A stretch of 64,000 nucleotides of DNA. Origin: a virus (Duplodnaviria; Caudoviricetes). The notes under the pieces are model-generated. The model was not told the DNA's origin, did not search any database, and saw only the letters and a program-made list of their open reading frames with translations. The stretch lies in the IMG/VR virus record IMGVR_UViG_3300031851_000001; one strand, 5' to 3'. Position numbers and translations under genes: made by a program. How positions within the stretch are numbered: the first letter of the stretch is position 1; each line of letters begins with the position of its first letter. This document shows positions 41,164-50,659 of the stretch, piece by piece.

Positions 41164-42242
41164 TAGTCTCTACCCCACACAGTACCGTTGTTTGTTACGC
41201 TAACTTGCCCGTTATCAGTAGTAATTTCAAATGCAAGACCACCTGCGCCACCGTCACCGCCACAATTACCGCCAGAAGCACCCCAGCCGCCACCACCTGC
41301 ACCATGTCCAGTTCCGCCACCGCCACCTGCATTGTTTGCGGCACCACCAACTCTACCTGTTGTGTCTCTACTTCCACCACCGCCTGCGCCGCCATCACCC
41401 GGAAGTACACGACCGCCACCGCCACCAGAACCAGAGTCAACTTTGTTTCCTTTACCAGAACCATTGTCCCAGCCGCCTCCGCCGGCACCTGCGCCGCCAC
41501 CTTTACCACCACCAGCATCGCTATCGTCTGGAGCATCAGCACCTTTTGTATTTAATGCGCCACCAGCACCTGGGTTTCCGGCTGCACGATATCCTGTACC
41601 ACCTGCGCCACCGCCAGCTCCACCGCCACCACCAGCACCAAGTTCACCTCCACCGGAACTACCACCGCCACCACCTGCAGCGACATAAGCGTCTGCTTCA
41701 TTAATAAAAGTAATTGGTGATACGTTACCAATTTTTATAGCAGGTCCACCTGCTCCACCGTTGGTTACTTGACCTGCGTTAATTGTTCCGCCACCGCCTC
41801 GACCACCTTTACCTATAATGATACCTTTGTTACGAAAGATTATATTACCTGTCATAGTGTCAGGAATAATTAATCCACCTTTGCTAGTATCATCTGACCA
41901 AAGCCAATAGTCTGCAGGTAATGTAATATCATAAAAACCACCTTCGTCTCTATAACCCATAGCAAATAGTGCATCCCATAGGTTGCATTCTTTGATATTA
42001 TATTTGCTATTAATTTGAGTTTCAGATATTGGAATCCATTGATCTTCAGTAACAAATCTAATACCAGATTTGCCATAAAAATCGCTAAATTTAATTGTGC
42101 CTGATTGTGGTAAACCTATGCCGGGAGGTAAGGTTCTGTACTCACTAAGTTGATAGGGAGTTTGGTTTAATGTACCACCAAGTGGTTTAAACTCGTCGTG
42201 TATTTCTGTAAACGTAAGCGGTCCGCTGCTCTTAATAGTCAT
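41163..42242 (-). CDS. Glycine-rich adhesin, gp38-like (polyglycine sandwich)
   Basis: N-terminal domain ends IKFSDFYGKS, like the T-even gp38 attachment domain. IIGKGGRGG...GGAGGPAI...AAGGGGG glycine-rich motifs. Directly follows an S74-chaperoned fibre. Confidence 0.7.
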   Translation of the reverse strand: MTIKSSGPLTFTEIHDEFKPLGGTLNQTPYQLSEYRTLPPGIGLPQSGTIKFSDFYGKSGIRFVTEDQWIPISETQINSKYNIKECNLWDALFAMGYRDEGGFYDITLPADYWLWSDDTSKGGLIIPDTMTGNIIFRNKGIIIGKGGRGGGGTINAGQVTNGGAGGPAIKIGNVSPITFINEADAYVAAGGGGGSSGGGELGAGGGGGAGGGAGGTGYRAAGNPGAGGALNTKGADAPDDSDAGGGKGGGAGAGGGGWDNGSGKGNKVDSGSGGGGGRVLPGDGGAGGGGSRDTTGRVGGAANNAGGGGGTGHGAGGGGWGASGGNCGGDGGAGGLAFEITTDNGQVSVTNNGTVWGRD

Positions 42243-42245
42243 GGC

Positions 42246-43418
42246 TTACTTTCCTACTTTTTCGTTCAATTCCTTGATAGCTTCAATTAACAAACCAATT
42301 ACATTACCGTGTCTGACCGCAAAGATTGCCTCGCCAGTGTCTGGGTCCGTTGTTTCATAAACAGCTTCAGGTAAAACTTCCATAAGTTCTTGTGCCATAA
42401 CGCCGGTCATTGGTTCGTCAGGTTTTGATATATAGTTAAATGTATAACCACCAAGTTGTGAAACTTTATCTAAGGCATTATTAATTGGTTCAATATTTTC
42501 TTTTTGTCTTTTGTCTGAAACAGTACCAAAACCGGTAACTTCACCTGTTGAGAAAACTGATGCAAAAGTAACATTAGAGTTTGTAGCAACAGTTTGACCA
42601 ATTTCAATAAGGCCGGATGTTGTGTTATATGTTACGCCAGTACCACCAGACAATGCAGCCCGTACTCTTGCTGTAGTATAATAAAGATTGTCATCGCCTT
42701 CGGTTAAACTATCTGTATCGTGGTTTGTTAATGAACTAACTGTACCAATAACGTTACCTGTAAATGTAGCAGGAATTCCAGCCTGACCACTTTCAAGCAC
42801 CTTATTTGATACCCCACTATCGTCTACTTTATATACGTCACCTACTAAGTTACCTGTTAAAGTTCCACTAAAGTCATCTGCAGTAACACTATTTGCTGAC
42901 ATATCAACGGCTGTGATATCGTTAACAGTTAAATCGCCGGTAACTGTCATATCCTCAGTTACATTAAAATTAATTACGCTTAACGTACCAGCTGGCGTTA
43001 AAGATAGCTTTGGCGTACCTGTTCCTGTATCAATATTAAAATTAGCATCATCTGAATTATCAATACCAACATCCCAAGATATTGTACCATCAGTATATCT
43101 TGTTTGACCACCGCCTGCGCCATATGAAAATGTAGCTACTACCTGATCGCTTGCGCCGATAATATTTAAAGGTGAATTAAATGTTACTGGAGCACTTGCA
43201 GTGAAAGATGTAATTGTGTCTGCTTCAAATAACGTATCAGCAATTAATGTATTAGCTTGAAGATCTCCAGCTAAATTTACATCGCCTGTAGTTAAATCAC
43301 CGGAAACGGTTGCTGTGACAACTTGCTCACGCATAAGATCAACCATTTCATTGGTCTTATCAAACCAATTTTGAAACGTCTGAGTAGTCGTAATGTTTTG
43401 AATATTTGTTTTTGCCAT
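42246..43418 (-). CDS. Short tail fibre (390 aa) with C-terminal peptidase S74 chaperone
   Basis: N-terminal TF..W..KTN motif; C-terminal SDKRQKENI...GVMAQEL..VLPEAV...LLIEAIKEL. Confidence 0.82.
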   Translation of the reverse strand: MAKTNIQNITTTQTFQNWFDKTNEMVDLMREQVVTATVSGDLTTGDVNLAGDLQANTLIADTLFEADTITSFTASAPVTFNSPLNIIGASDQVVATFSYGAGGGQTRYTDGTISWDVGIDNSDDANFNIDTGTGTPKLSLTPAGTLSVINFNVTEDMTVTGDLTVNDITAVDMSANSVTADDFSGTLTGNLVGDVYKVDDSGVSNKVLESGQAGIPATFTGNVIGTVSSLTNHDTDSLTEGDDNLYYTTARVRAALSGGTGVTYNTTSGLIEIGQTVATNSNVTFASVFSTGEVTGFGTVSDKRQKENIEPINNALDKVSQLGGYTFNYISKPDEPMTGVMAQELMEVLPEAVYETTDPDTGEAIFAVRHGNVIGLLIEAIKELNEKVGK

Positions 43419-43424
43419 TTAACT

Positions 43425-43607
43425 CTACTTCTCTATTCGATCTAATCTATCGCAAACAACTGCCAATAGTTCTTTAATTTCCTGAACTTCATTACCTAAT
43501 TTAGTTACCTTACGGTGTAAAGCTCTTTCTTGTTTATATTTATTCAAACTTGCTGCGTCTGTACTTAAAACAGCTTTTGAAAATGTATGACGAACAACGT
43601 TTGACAT
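43425..43607 (-). CDS. Small coiled-coil protein (60 aa)
   Basis: Coupled to the DUF4815-like gene. The STD...L..YK..R...EIKELL pattern is like the small ORFs that follow VrlC-like genes in T4-like marine phages. Confidence 0.55.
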   Translation of the reverse strand: MSNVVRHTFSKAVLSTDAASLNKYKQERALHRKVTKLGNEVQEIKELLAVVCDRLDRIEK

Positions 43608-46600
43608 TATGTTAAAGCTAACGCTCGCATATCTCGTACTAACGATGATTTTGATATATCGTTAGAAATCATTTCAATTTTAATAGCAAACTTTCTATAA
43701 CCAACATGTGTTCCGCCAGTGCTTGTATAGTTAAGCACACCGTTTACATCTTTATTGGCATCAGGTAATTGCCATTCGTATTCTCTAAAATCATTTTGAT
43801 TAGACGCAGTAAACATATTTACGCCTTTATATAATTCCAACTCAATCCAAGGAATTGTATCAAACGCCGCGGCATCATATACATTTTGTGGTCTAATATA
43901 AACTTTAATATCAGTACCGCTTGGGCGGTGAGCAGTTAAAATAACATTAATATCTTCAGCATCTAAATCTTCAGAAAGTTCAACTGTCTGAGAAATGTAC
44001 TTCGATGTAGTATCAGAACTACTTGTTACTAACCATTGGTATGACATTAGTGTAGCGGTTTCCAAATCAACTATTGGAGATGTTGTATCGCTAGAACCGT
44101 TTGTCATATTCACTTTAATTTCAAAAGGTTTTAAGTCAGATGGATCATTTGATTTAGAATAAACAACAACACCTTTTTCTGTAAAGTAGTTTGAAGCACC
44201 AAATTTCATAGGTTTGTTATATGTAGTTAACGTATCAGCAGGTGGTACGAATGTACCTGATACTGAAGTTGTAGTTTTACTATCATTTGATTTGTTAATA
44301 AGTGGTTGTACATAACTTAAGTTAATATTATCAACTGTACCAATTGTTCCTTCGACGCCACTTGAAGAACCAGTAATAGTACCAGCCGCGCTGAATTGTT
44401 TGGTTGACGTAGCCGAACTATTTTGTAAGTGCATTACTGATCTATTAAGAGTATTGTAGAATGAAATGGTTCCTGAAACAATCGGTGTACCAGTACCGTT
44501 GCCAACATCAAATGATACTGGTTTAGTTGTAGTCATTTCAGTTGCACTATCAACACTCGCAATTTTAAATATTTCTTTTATTGAACCGCCTGCATTAATA
44601 ATCAGAATTTTGTCACCGGCGGCGTATGTGTCACCTAGTGCCGTACCGTTAATTGTTGATGTACCATTAACCATCGTTACACCAGCTGCTGTTCCACCAG
44701 TGAGTGATAATGTTTGATATACTTCTTCACCTTGAGTAAATCGACCATCCCAATCTGAAAGCGTAAGGAATTCATGATCGTTATTTGTTAGCGTTACAGT
44801 ACCATCTGATGCGCTAAACTGGTGGCGGTATAAAGTGAATTTTAAATCTTCATCTTGTACTGATTTCCAAGCTCGGTTGTTTGTTGATGTAAAGAGAACA
44901 CCGTCACCCCAGTCTTGAACAACTGCTTGACCGTTTGTTGCTCCCGGAGTTAAATCAACACCACCAACTTTAGATGTAAATACTAAGTAATTAGGATCGT
45001 TCGCATCCGGTTGAACAACAATTGCATATTCTTTTTCAATATCCAATCTGATTGGAACATTAAATGTAATCGTTGTTACCTCTGATGCATCGTCTGAAAC
45101 ATTAACATCAGCTGGATTTAAATGAACTTTAGAGAATGGCATAATAACTGACGAAGGATAACCGTTGACAACTTCACGTAACATAATAGTTACGCCGTTA
45201 ATTTCACTTTTACGTTTAAAGAATACATCAACTTTAGAAGCAAATACTGATGTTGCCCCTTTACCCATGCCTTCTTTAATAAAGAATGTTTGTGCTAGCG
45301 GATCAATTGCGAAAGGTCTTCCTGCAACTGTTCTCGTTGTCGTTGATGTTATGACTGAAGTTTCAGGCATTCTTACTGATGAAGTTAAGCTAACTTTGTC
45401 AACATTAATGTTATATGCGTTATACGATAAATCACCGCGTGATGTTTTTGCAGAGTCAATGCTTGAGTATTGGCTAACGTCAACAACTGTTAATTGTCTT
45501 TCGCCAACAAAGAATGTACCTGATGGTAATTCAAACACGGCTCTTAATACACCATTAGCATCGGTAGTAACCGCGGCATTTAATGCTCCAAATTTTTCAA
45601 CATCTCTTGCTCTTGTTGCTGAGGTGGTCCCAGGTCTTACTCTGTTATTTACGTCAACTTTATCAAAGAAAAAGTAATGTCGAGTATTAGGACGTAAGCC
45701 TGACATATAAACTTTAATATCTCTTGCTCTCATATATGGTTCAAATTGGAAGTCAGAAACAAAATCTCCAACACTTGAAGTTTGTTGATTTGATCCAACA
45801 TTAAGAGCTGTAGTTTGAGTAGTAGTTGATGTTACATCTTGCCAAATATTATTTCTAACTCTGTTTCGTACTCTACTTGCAGCCGTAACGACGTCTCGCG
45901 TCATTGGAATAAACGATTGTAAATCTTCAATAAAGTTATTAAATGGCGCAACAATATCAAAATCTAATCTCATAGGATTAGTTGTTACATCTTGTGCCAT
46001 ATCGTGGTCTGGAGATAAAGCACCAACACCGTCATATGACCAGTAATTTGATACACAATTTCTAAAGTTTGTAGCATATGTCTGCGATAATACTTTAACG
46101 TTTGCATTTCTTGTCAAGGATGCTATGTCTGCGTCGTCTGTTGTTGGGAAGATAGACGCTGATGAAGTTGATTTATATTTTAAATCTAGTGGAAACGTTC
46201 TTAATGCAGGAGTAAGTGTTTTTGTATCACCGCGAATAGCTGCCGAGAAATTAGGGTTTTCTAAATTAGCAATAGTAGTATCATTAAATGGATCTACTAG
46301 GAAACCGTTTTTAAATCTTGTTAAACCATTTTCATCAATAACATTTAAGTTTTGAGTGTCTGCCTCGAGTTGGCTTAGGCTAACATAATATTCTAAATTA
46401 TCTACTCGTTTTTCTACGCTAGCAATATCTTCCATAGTATATGTTTTCGTACCAGCAGACTTAGCAGTAACCGCATAGTATGACTTATTTTGACTTGACG
46501 CTTCTACCGGAGATAGTGCTGGATAACCTGGGATTGTAATATGAGAGATAAGGAATTGGTCTGCGCCAATTTTTGGAGGCGAAGGAATTTGTTCTTCTTT

Positions 46601-48967
46601 ACCTTTAACTGTAGCAACTACGCCATATGAGTCAATAATAACTGCATCAGTACGAGCGTTATAAGTTTCAATTTCAGCGTTGACATTACCATTAATTTGT
46701 GGTATAATATAATCATTAGTACTAAATGTTGGCTGTGATGCTCCAACCGCGGCAGTAACAACCGACGCAGCTCCTTCAGTCAATGCAGTGTAGCTTGCCC
46801 CAGCGCTAAGATCAGCATATGGTCTAAAATCAATACATTCTCTTAGTCTATATGTTGTGCCAGTCGTTGATTTGTATACACCCATGTCTGATGTGCGAAT
46901 TTTTTCACTAGGTAATATTGCAGTTGTATCATCAATTGGATAACTGTCAATAGTAAAAAAGTTTGAACCAGTTGAGTTATTAATTTTAAATACTTTAAGT
47001 TGTACTGTATATGTACCTGATGTTGGAACCGGCCGACCTGGGATAAGTTCCATAAAAGAGATATCATAAAAATTGTCTTTTTGGTTTTTATTTAATCTAA
47101 AGCTTTCAGTAAAATCATTACCAAGACTATCTTCAACGCTTATAATGCTGTGTACATCAGGAAATCCAAGACTATATTGAGATACGCCATTATCCCAAAC
47201 AAATTTAATATATGGATTAACTAATACTTTATTATATGCTGTTGCGTCTGTATTGTTGAATATTCTTTTGTTATAATAAACCTCGGCAACAGGATCTGAA
47301 TTATCTGCTGGGTCTAAAGTAATTGTAAGAACTGAATTATTGAGTGATGTTGTATAACTTAGTACATTAATAAGAGTATTAGATGCGTCTACCACAACGA
47401 TATCGCTTTGGTCAACTGCAAAGTCTTCGTTTGCTACGGCGTTAATAACAATTTCATTACTTGAAACATTTACACTTGATGCATGCGCACGAACAGGAAT
47501 AATTAAATCAGTTAAAGTTTTAATACTTCTTGCACCAGTATCAAATATTGTTGGCGCAGTGTTTGTACCTTTGATTTTTGATCCGGAAGGAATTGTGATA
47601 ACGCCTGCAGTGCCAACGATACGTTCAACATTAGCAAATGTATATGATGGGTAGAGTAATTTAACACCAAACAAATACAATCTTGTAGGAGTAATGTTTT
47701 TAGCAAAAGCTTCGCCAATTTTTGTGCCGTTTGCGCGTTGCAGTTCTAGTGTTTCGTATTGTAATCCAATAGTACCAGTAATTGCAGTAACGTCAACGTA
47801 TCCACCATAATTAAGAGATGTTGACTCATTGGCTTGTACGGTGGTAGTAGTAACTTCATCAATTACTGTATCTTGGAAACCTTTGTTTTCAATTCTATAA
47901 CCTTTAATATAAGCTGAGCCTTTTCCGACAAGTGCCGTAAGTTCATCATCTCTGCGTTCTACTAATACTTTAAAATCATCAACAATGTAATCGCCGTTTG
48001 TTTCATATGTACGTTTGGCTAGTTCTTCATTAACAGAGTTAAATTGTGTAACGTCTCTAAGCGTAACGGCCGAGCCATTCTGATACCTAATTAATGTAAA
48101 GAACCCTGCGTCAACATCAGCAACTGCGGTTGTCTTAACGGTTAATGTTGGAACCATTTTAAATCTATCAGCACCCGGAGCGTTTTCATTTTCTGAACCG
48201 TTTGCGTTATCAAATAGGCTGCTATCTTGTAGTGAACTAACAATTGTTTCAGAAACTTCATAGCCAACTGATAAGTCGTCAGGTTGGTTAGTATATGGAG
48301 AAACAACAAGCGTTTGGTCAGCAGCGAATAAGAAGTGACCTTTTTGGAATACGACACCAGCTGCAGCTTGAATACCAAATGATTTTCCTGTTGGAGTTGG
48401 AAGCTGTGTTACCTGAGTTGTTTGAACATTAAGTTGTGTTTCAATAATAGTTGAACCATTATAGCGATACTTATTAATTGTAAGTTCTTCACCAGCAATA
48501 AACGATTTATAACCACTTCCTTCGTTTGTGTTTAAGTAGTTAATAAAAAATGTATTAAGGTTTGGCGGACGAGTTTCAAAACCACGAGCAGCGGATACGA
48601 TTGATGCCTTCAAACCGGAAATTTGTCCTTCAACCTCATACTTAGTTTCGATAGAAGTTGTAGTACCAAGAATTACTTCGTCTGCAACAGAAGGGATAAA
48701 TGTTTCTGGGTCAAAACCAGTTTTGTCTGTTAGCTTAACAAATTCTAAACTATTTAAATTTGTAAAGTTACACCCTTTAACAATGCTACCTTCTTGGTAA
48801 ATATTATCACCAAATTGCTCAACTTGATTTTGAAGAATAGTTTGTAGCTGTGTAAGCTCGCGGGCTTGAATAGCGTAAGCAGGCTTAAACAGAATTTTAT
48901 AGAACTGCTTTTCTATATTGAAATCATCAAAATATGGAGCAATATTTAAATTTTTATTAATAGGCAT
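43607..48967 (-). CDS. DUF4815/VrlC-like large baseplate-associated structural protein (1786 aa)
   Basis: N-terminal PYFDDF....FYKILF.P..AIQARELTQLQTILQNQ signature; RFKNGFLVDPF and DPLAQTF motifs; position next to gp8. Confidence 0.85.
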   Translation of the reverse strand: MPINKNLNIAPYFDDFNIEKQFYKILFKPAYAIQARELTQLQTILQNQVEQFGDNIYQEGSIVKGCNFTNLNSLEFVKLTDKTGFDPETFIPSVADEVILGTTTSIETKYEVEGQISGLKASIVSAARGFETRPPNLNTFFINYLNTNEGSGYKSFIAGEELTINKYRYNGSTIIETQLNVQTTQVTQLPTPTGKSFGIQAAAGVVFQKGHFLFAADQTLVVSPYTNQPDDLSVGYEVSETIVSSLQDSSLFDNANGSENENAPGADRFKMVPTLTVKTTAVADVDAGFFTLIRYQNGSAVTLRDVTQFNSVNEELAKRTYETNGDYIVDDFKVLVERRDDELTALVGKGSAYIKGYRIENKGFQDTVIDEVTTTTVQANESTSLNYGGYVDVTAITGTIGLQYETLELQRANGTKIGEAFAKNITPTRLYLFGVKLLYPSYTFANVERIVGTAGVITIPSGSKIKGTNTAPTIFDTGARSIKTLTDLIIPVRAHASSVNVSSNEIVINAVANEDFAVDQSDIVVVDASNTLINVLSYTTSLNNSVLTITLDPADNSDPVAEVYYNKRIFNNTDATAYNKVLVNPYIKFVWDNGVSQYSLGFPDVHSIISVEDSLGNDFTESFRLNKNQKDNFYDISFMELIPGRPVPTSGTYTVQLKVFKINNSTGSNFFTIDSYPIDDTTAILPSEKIRTSDMGVYKSTTGTTYRLRECIDFRPYADLSAGASYTALTEGAASVVTAAVGASQPTFSTNDYIIPQINGNVNAEIETYNARTDAVIIDSYGVVATVKGKEEQIPSPPKIGADQFLISHITIPGYPALSPVEASSQNKSYYAVTAKSAGTKTYTMEDIASVEKRVDNLEYYVSLSQLEADTQNLNVIDENGLTRFKNGFLVDPFNDTTIANLENPNFSAAIRGDTKTLTPALRTFPLDLKYKSTSSASIFPTTDDADIASLTRNANVKVLSQTYATNFRNCVSNYWSYDGVGALSPDHDMAQDVTTNPMRLDFDIVAPFNNFIEDLQSFIPMTRDVVTAASRVRNRVRNNIWQDVTSTTTQTTALNVGSNQQTSSVGDFVSDFQFEPYMRARDIKVYMSGLRPNTRHYFFFDKVDVNNRVRPGTTSATRARDVEKFGALNAAVTTDANGVLRAVFELPSGTFFVGERQLTVVDVSQYSSIDSAKTSRGDLSYNAYNINVDKVSLTSSVRMPETSVITSTTTRTVAGRPFAIDPLAQTFFIKEGMGKGATSVFASKVDVFFKRKSEINGVTIMLREVVNGYPSSVIMPFSKVHLNPADVNVSDDASEVTTITFNVPIRLDIEKEYAIVVQPDANDPNYLVFTSKVGGVDLTPGATNGQAVVQDWGDGVLFTSTNNRAWKSVQDEDLKFTLYRHQFSASDGTVTLTNNDHEFLTLSDWDGRFTQGEEVYQTLSLTGGTAAGVTMVNGTSTINGTALGDTYAAGDKILIINAGGSIKEIFKIASVDSATEMTTTKPVSFDVGNGTGTPIVSGTISFYNTLNRSVMHLQNSSATSTKQFSAAGTITGSSSGVEGTIGTVDNINLSYVQPLINKSNDSKTTTSVSGTFVPPADTLTTYNKPMKFGASNYFTEKGVVVYSKSNDPSDLKPFEIKVNMTNGSSDTTSPIVDLETATLMSYQWLVTSSSDTTSKYISQTVELSEDLDAEDINVILTAHRPSGTDIKVYIRPQNVYDAAAFDTIPWIELELYKGVNMFTASNQNDFREYEWQLPDANKDVNGVLNYTSTGGTHVGYRKFAIKIEMISNDISKSSLVRDMRALALT

Positions 48968-48980
48968 CTATCATGTTTCC

Positions 48981-50618
48981 TTAAAATTCTAATACTAATT
49001 TGTATTCTTCCCGTGAGGTTCTTGTACGAACGAGAGGAACAAAATCTTCCATGAAGTATACTTGCCCACTTCTTTGGATGTAATCTGATTCTATCGTATT
49101 ATTGGCTTGTGGACTATTTATTACAATTCTTTGACCTGTAGAATTGACAATTGCGGCGGTTGGGTCAAACGATATATCATTGTTTGCTTGATTGACAAAC
49201 GGACCCATGTAGTTTGAAATATACACCGTGTTAGCAGAGTCAACTACTTCATGTACTTTACCAGTGAATGTAACTTTATTTGAAGAATCTAATTGCGTAA
49301 TTATATCTCCTTCAACTGCGTAAGAAATATTATTCGTTGAGATTTCAATTCTATTATCAAATACGTCTGGTGTGTTCGCTGTATTTGCCTGAGCACTTAC
49401 AAATTCTGGATTTTTAACAATACCAATATTTGAATAACTACTTTCCTTACCAATTTGGTTATTATCTGTTTCAGTAATGTATCCATATAAGAGAATGTGA
49501 CTACAATATAATTCGTCAATTAAGTTATATGCATGCCCACCAAACGGTGAAAGTATTGGTCTTAGTTCTGCTCTAACATCAACAGAGTTAGGATCTTCTG
49601 GCGCAAAATCAAACTCAGGATCTTTGACTGATGCTGTTAAATTAGTGTAACCAGATCCTGGGTTAAGAATAATAATATTTGTAATTTGTCCGTTAACTAC
49701 TTCTGACTTAGCAACACACCCTGAACCATCTCCTTGCAATTCAATAGTTGGGATAATTGAAAACGTGGCAATGTTTGAAACACCGTCAGCACGTGGTGTA
49801 CCTTCAACTCTAACTTTACCATATCCGGTATTCGAGTCAAATGTGTATGTATCAATTTTATATATGTTTGAAACACCATCTGGGTTTGTTGTATATATTG
49901 TCATGCCTGAATAATAGTTTTGAATTTGGTTAATATTATTAGCACGTACTGTTATAATACCAGAGTTTGACGGTGAAGCAACTAAAAATCCGTCCAAAGA
50001 AGGATAGCCAGCGTTATCAACTGGGTTTTCAATAAAGATATCACTAAGCTCTGATCCATAAACAATATTGTTAGCATCGGCATTTGGATCAGGATAAATT
50101 TCTAAATCTACAGGTAAGGGGATATAACCAACGGCATTATACGCCTCAAACTCTGCCGCCTCAATCGCATACATAAACTTCCATACGTATTTGTCGGCTG
50201 TTCTATATATTTGGTTTGTTGTAAAAGAATTCCAGTTTGGCGGAGCAGAAGATGCGCCATTATTGTTATTATATAAACATTTAAATACTCGATAGTCTCC
50301 AGTATCATTATCGTTTGGTCCTACTACGGCATAAAACTTTTCGCCATCTAAGTCAATCCTATCATCGTATTGAACATAAGTAGCGTCTTTCTGCCAAGGA
50401 TGATATTTAATCATAAACTTGGTATCAGATCCAAGAACCTTTTTACCAAATATAGTATTTTCTAAAAATTCATTTTTACTATATTGTGAATTAGATGCTC
50501 TTGCACGTGCGTCTGTCGAAACAGAAGAAATGAATACATAAAAGTCATTGTCCTGAATGTCTTCCATAAACATTCTGGTAGTATCATTTTTTAATTTTGT
50601 AGTAAGTACTTCTGCCAT
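48981..50618 (-). CDS. gp8: Baseplate wedge subunit gp8
   Basis: YRVFKCLYNN....S..P....D.YVWKFMY motif; C-terminal SG.VYF...R.....EE.KLVLEF. Confidence 0.85.
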   Translation of the reverse strand: MAEVLTTKLKNDTTRMFMEDIQDNDFYVFISSVSTDARARASNSQYSKNEFLENTIFGKKVLGSDTKFMIKYHPWQKDATYVQYDDRIDLDGEKFYAVVGPNDNDTGDYRVFKCLYNNNNGASSAPPNWNSFTTNQIYRTADKYVWKFMYAIEAAEFEAYNAVGYIPLPVDLEIYPDPNADANNIVYGSELSDIFIENPVDNAGYPSLDGFLVASPSNSGIITVRANNINQIQNYYSGMTIYTTNPDGVSNIYKIDTYTFDSNTGYGKVRVEGTPRADGVSNIATFSIIPTIELQGDGSGCVAKSEVVNGQITNIIILNPGSGYTNLTASVKDPEFDFAPEDPNSVDVRAELRPILSPFGGHAYNLIDELYCSHILLYGYITETDNNQIGKESSYSNIGIVKNPEFVSAQANTANTPDVFDNRIEISTNNISYAVEGDIITQLDSSNKVTFTGKVHEVVDSANTVYISNYMGPFVNQANNDISFDPTAAIVNSTGQRIVINSPQANNTIESDYIQRSGQVYFMEDFVPLVRTRTSREEYKLVLEF

Positions 50619-50642
50619 GTCACCTAGCCTGCCTCTTTGTAA

Positions 50643-50650
50643 TATTTATA
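50643..50650 (-). promoter_or_regulatory. T4-type late promoter TATAAATA
   Basis: Exact intergenic match upstream of gp8. Confidence 0.8.
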
Positions 50651-50659
50651 AACATTTTC

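Noticed and set aside
41188-41704. Plus-strand Pro-rich, Thr-rich and His/Arg-rich ORFs (166, 116, 157 aa)
   Set aside because: Antisense shadows of the Gly-rich adhesin; GGN codons read as CCN/ACC/CAC on the other strand.
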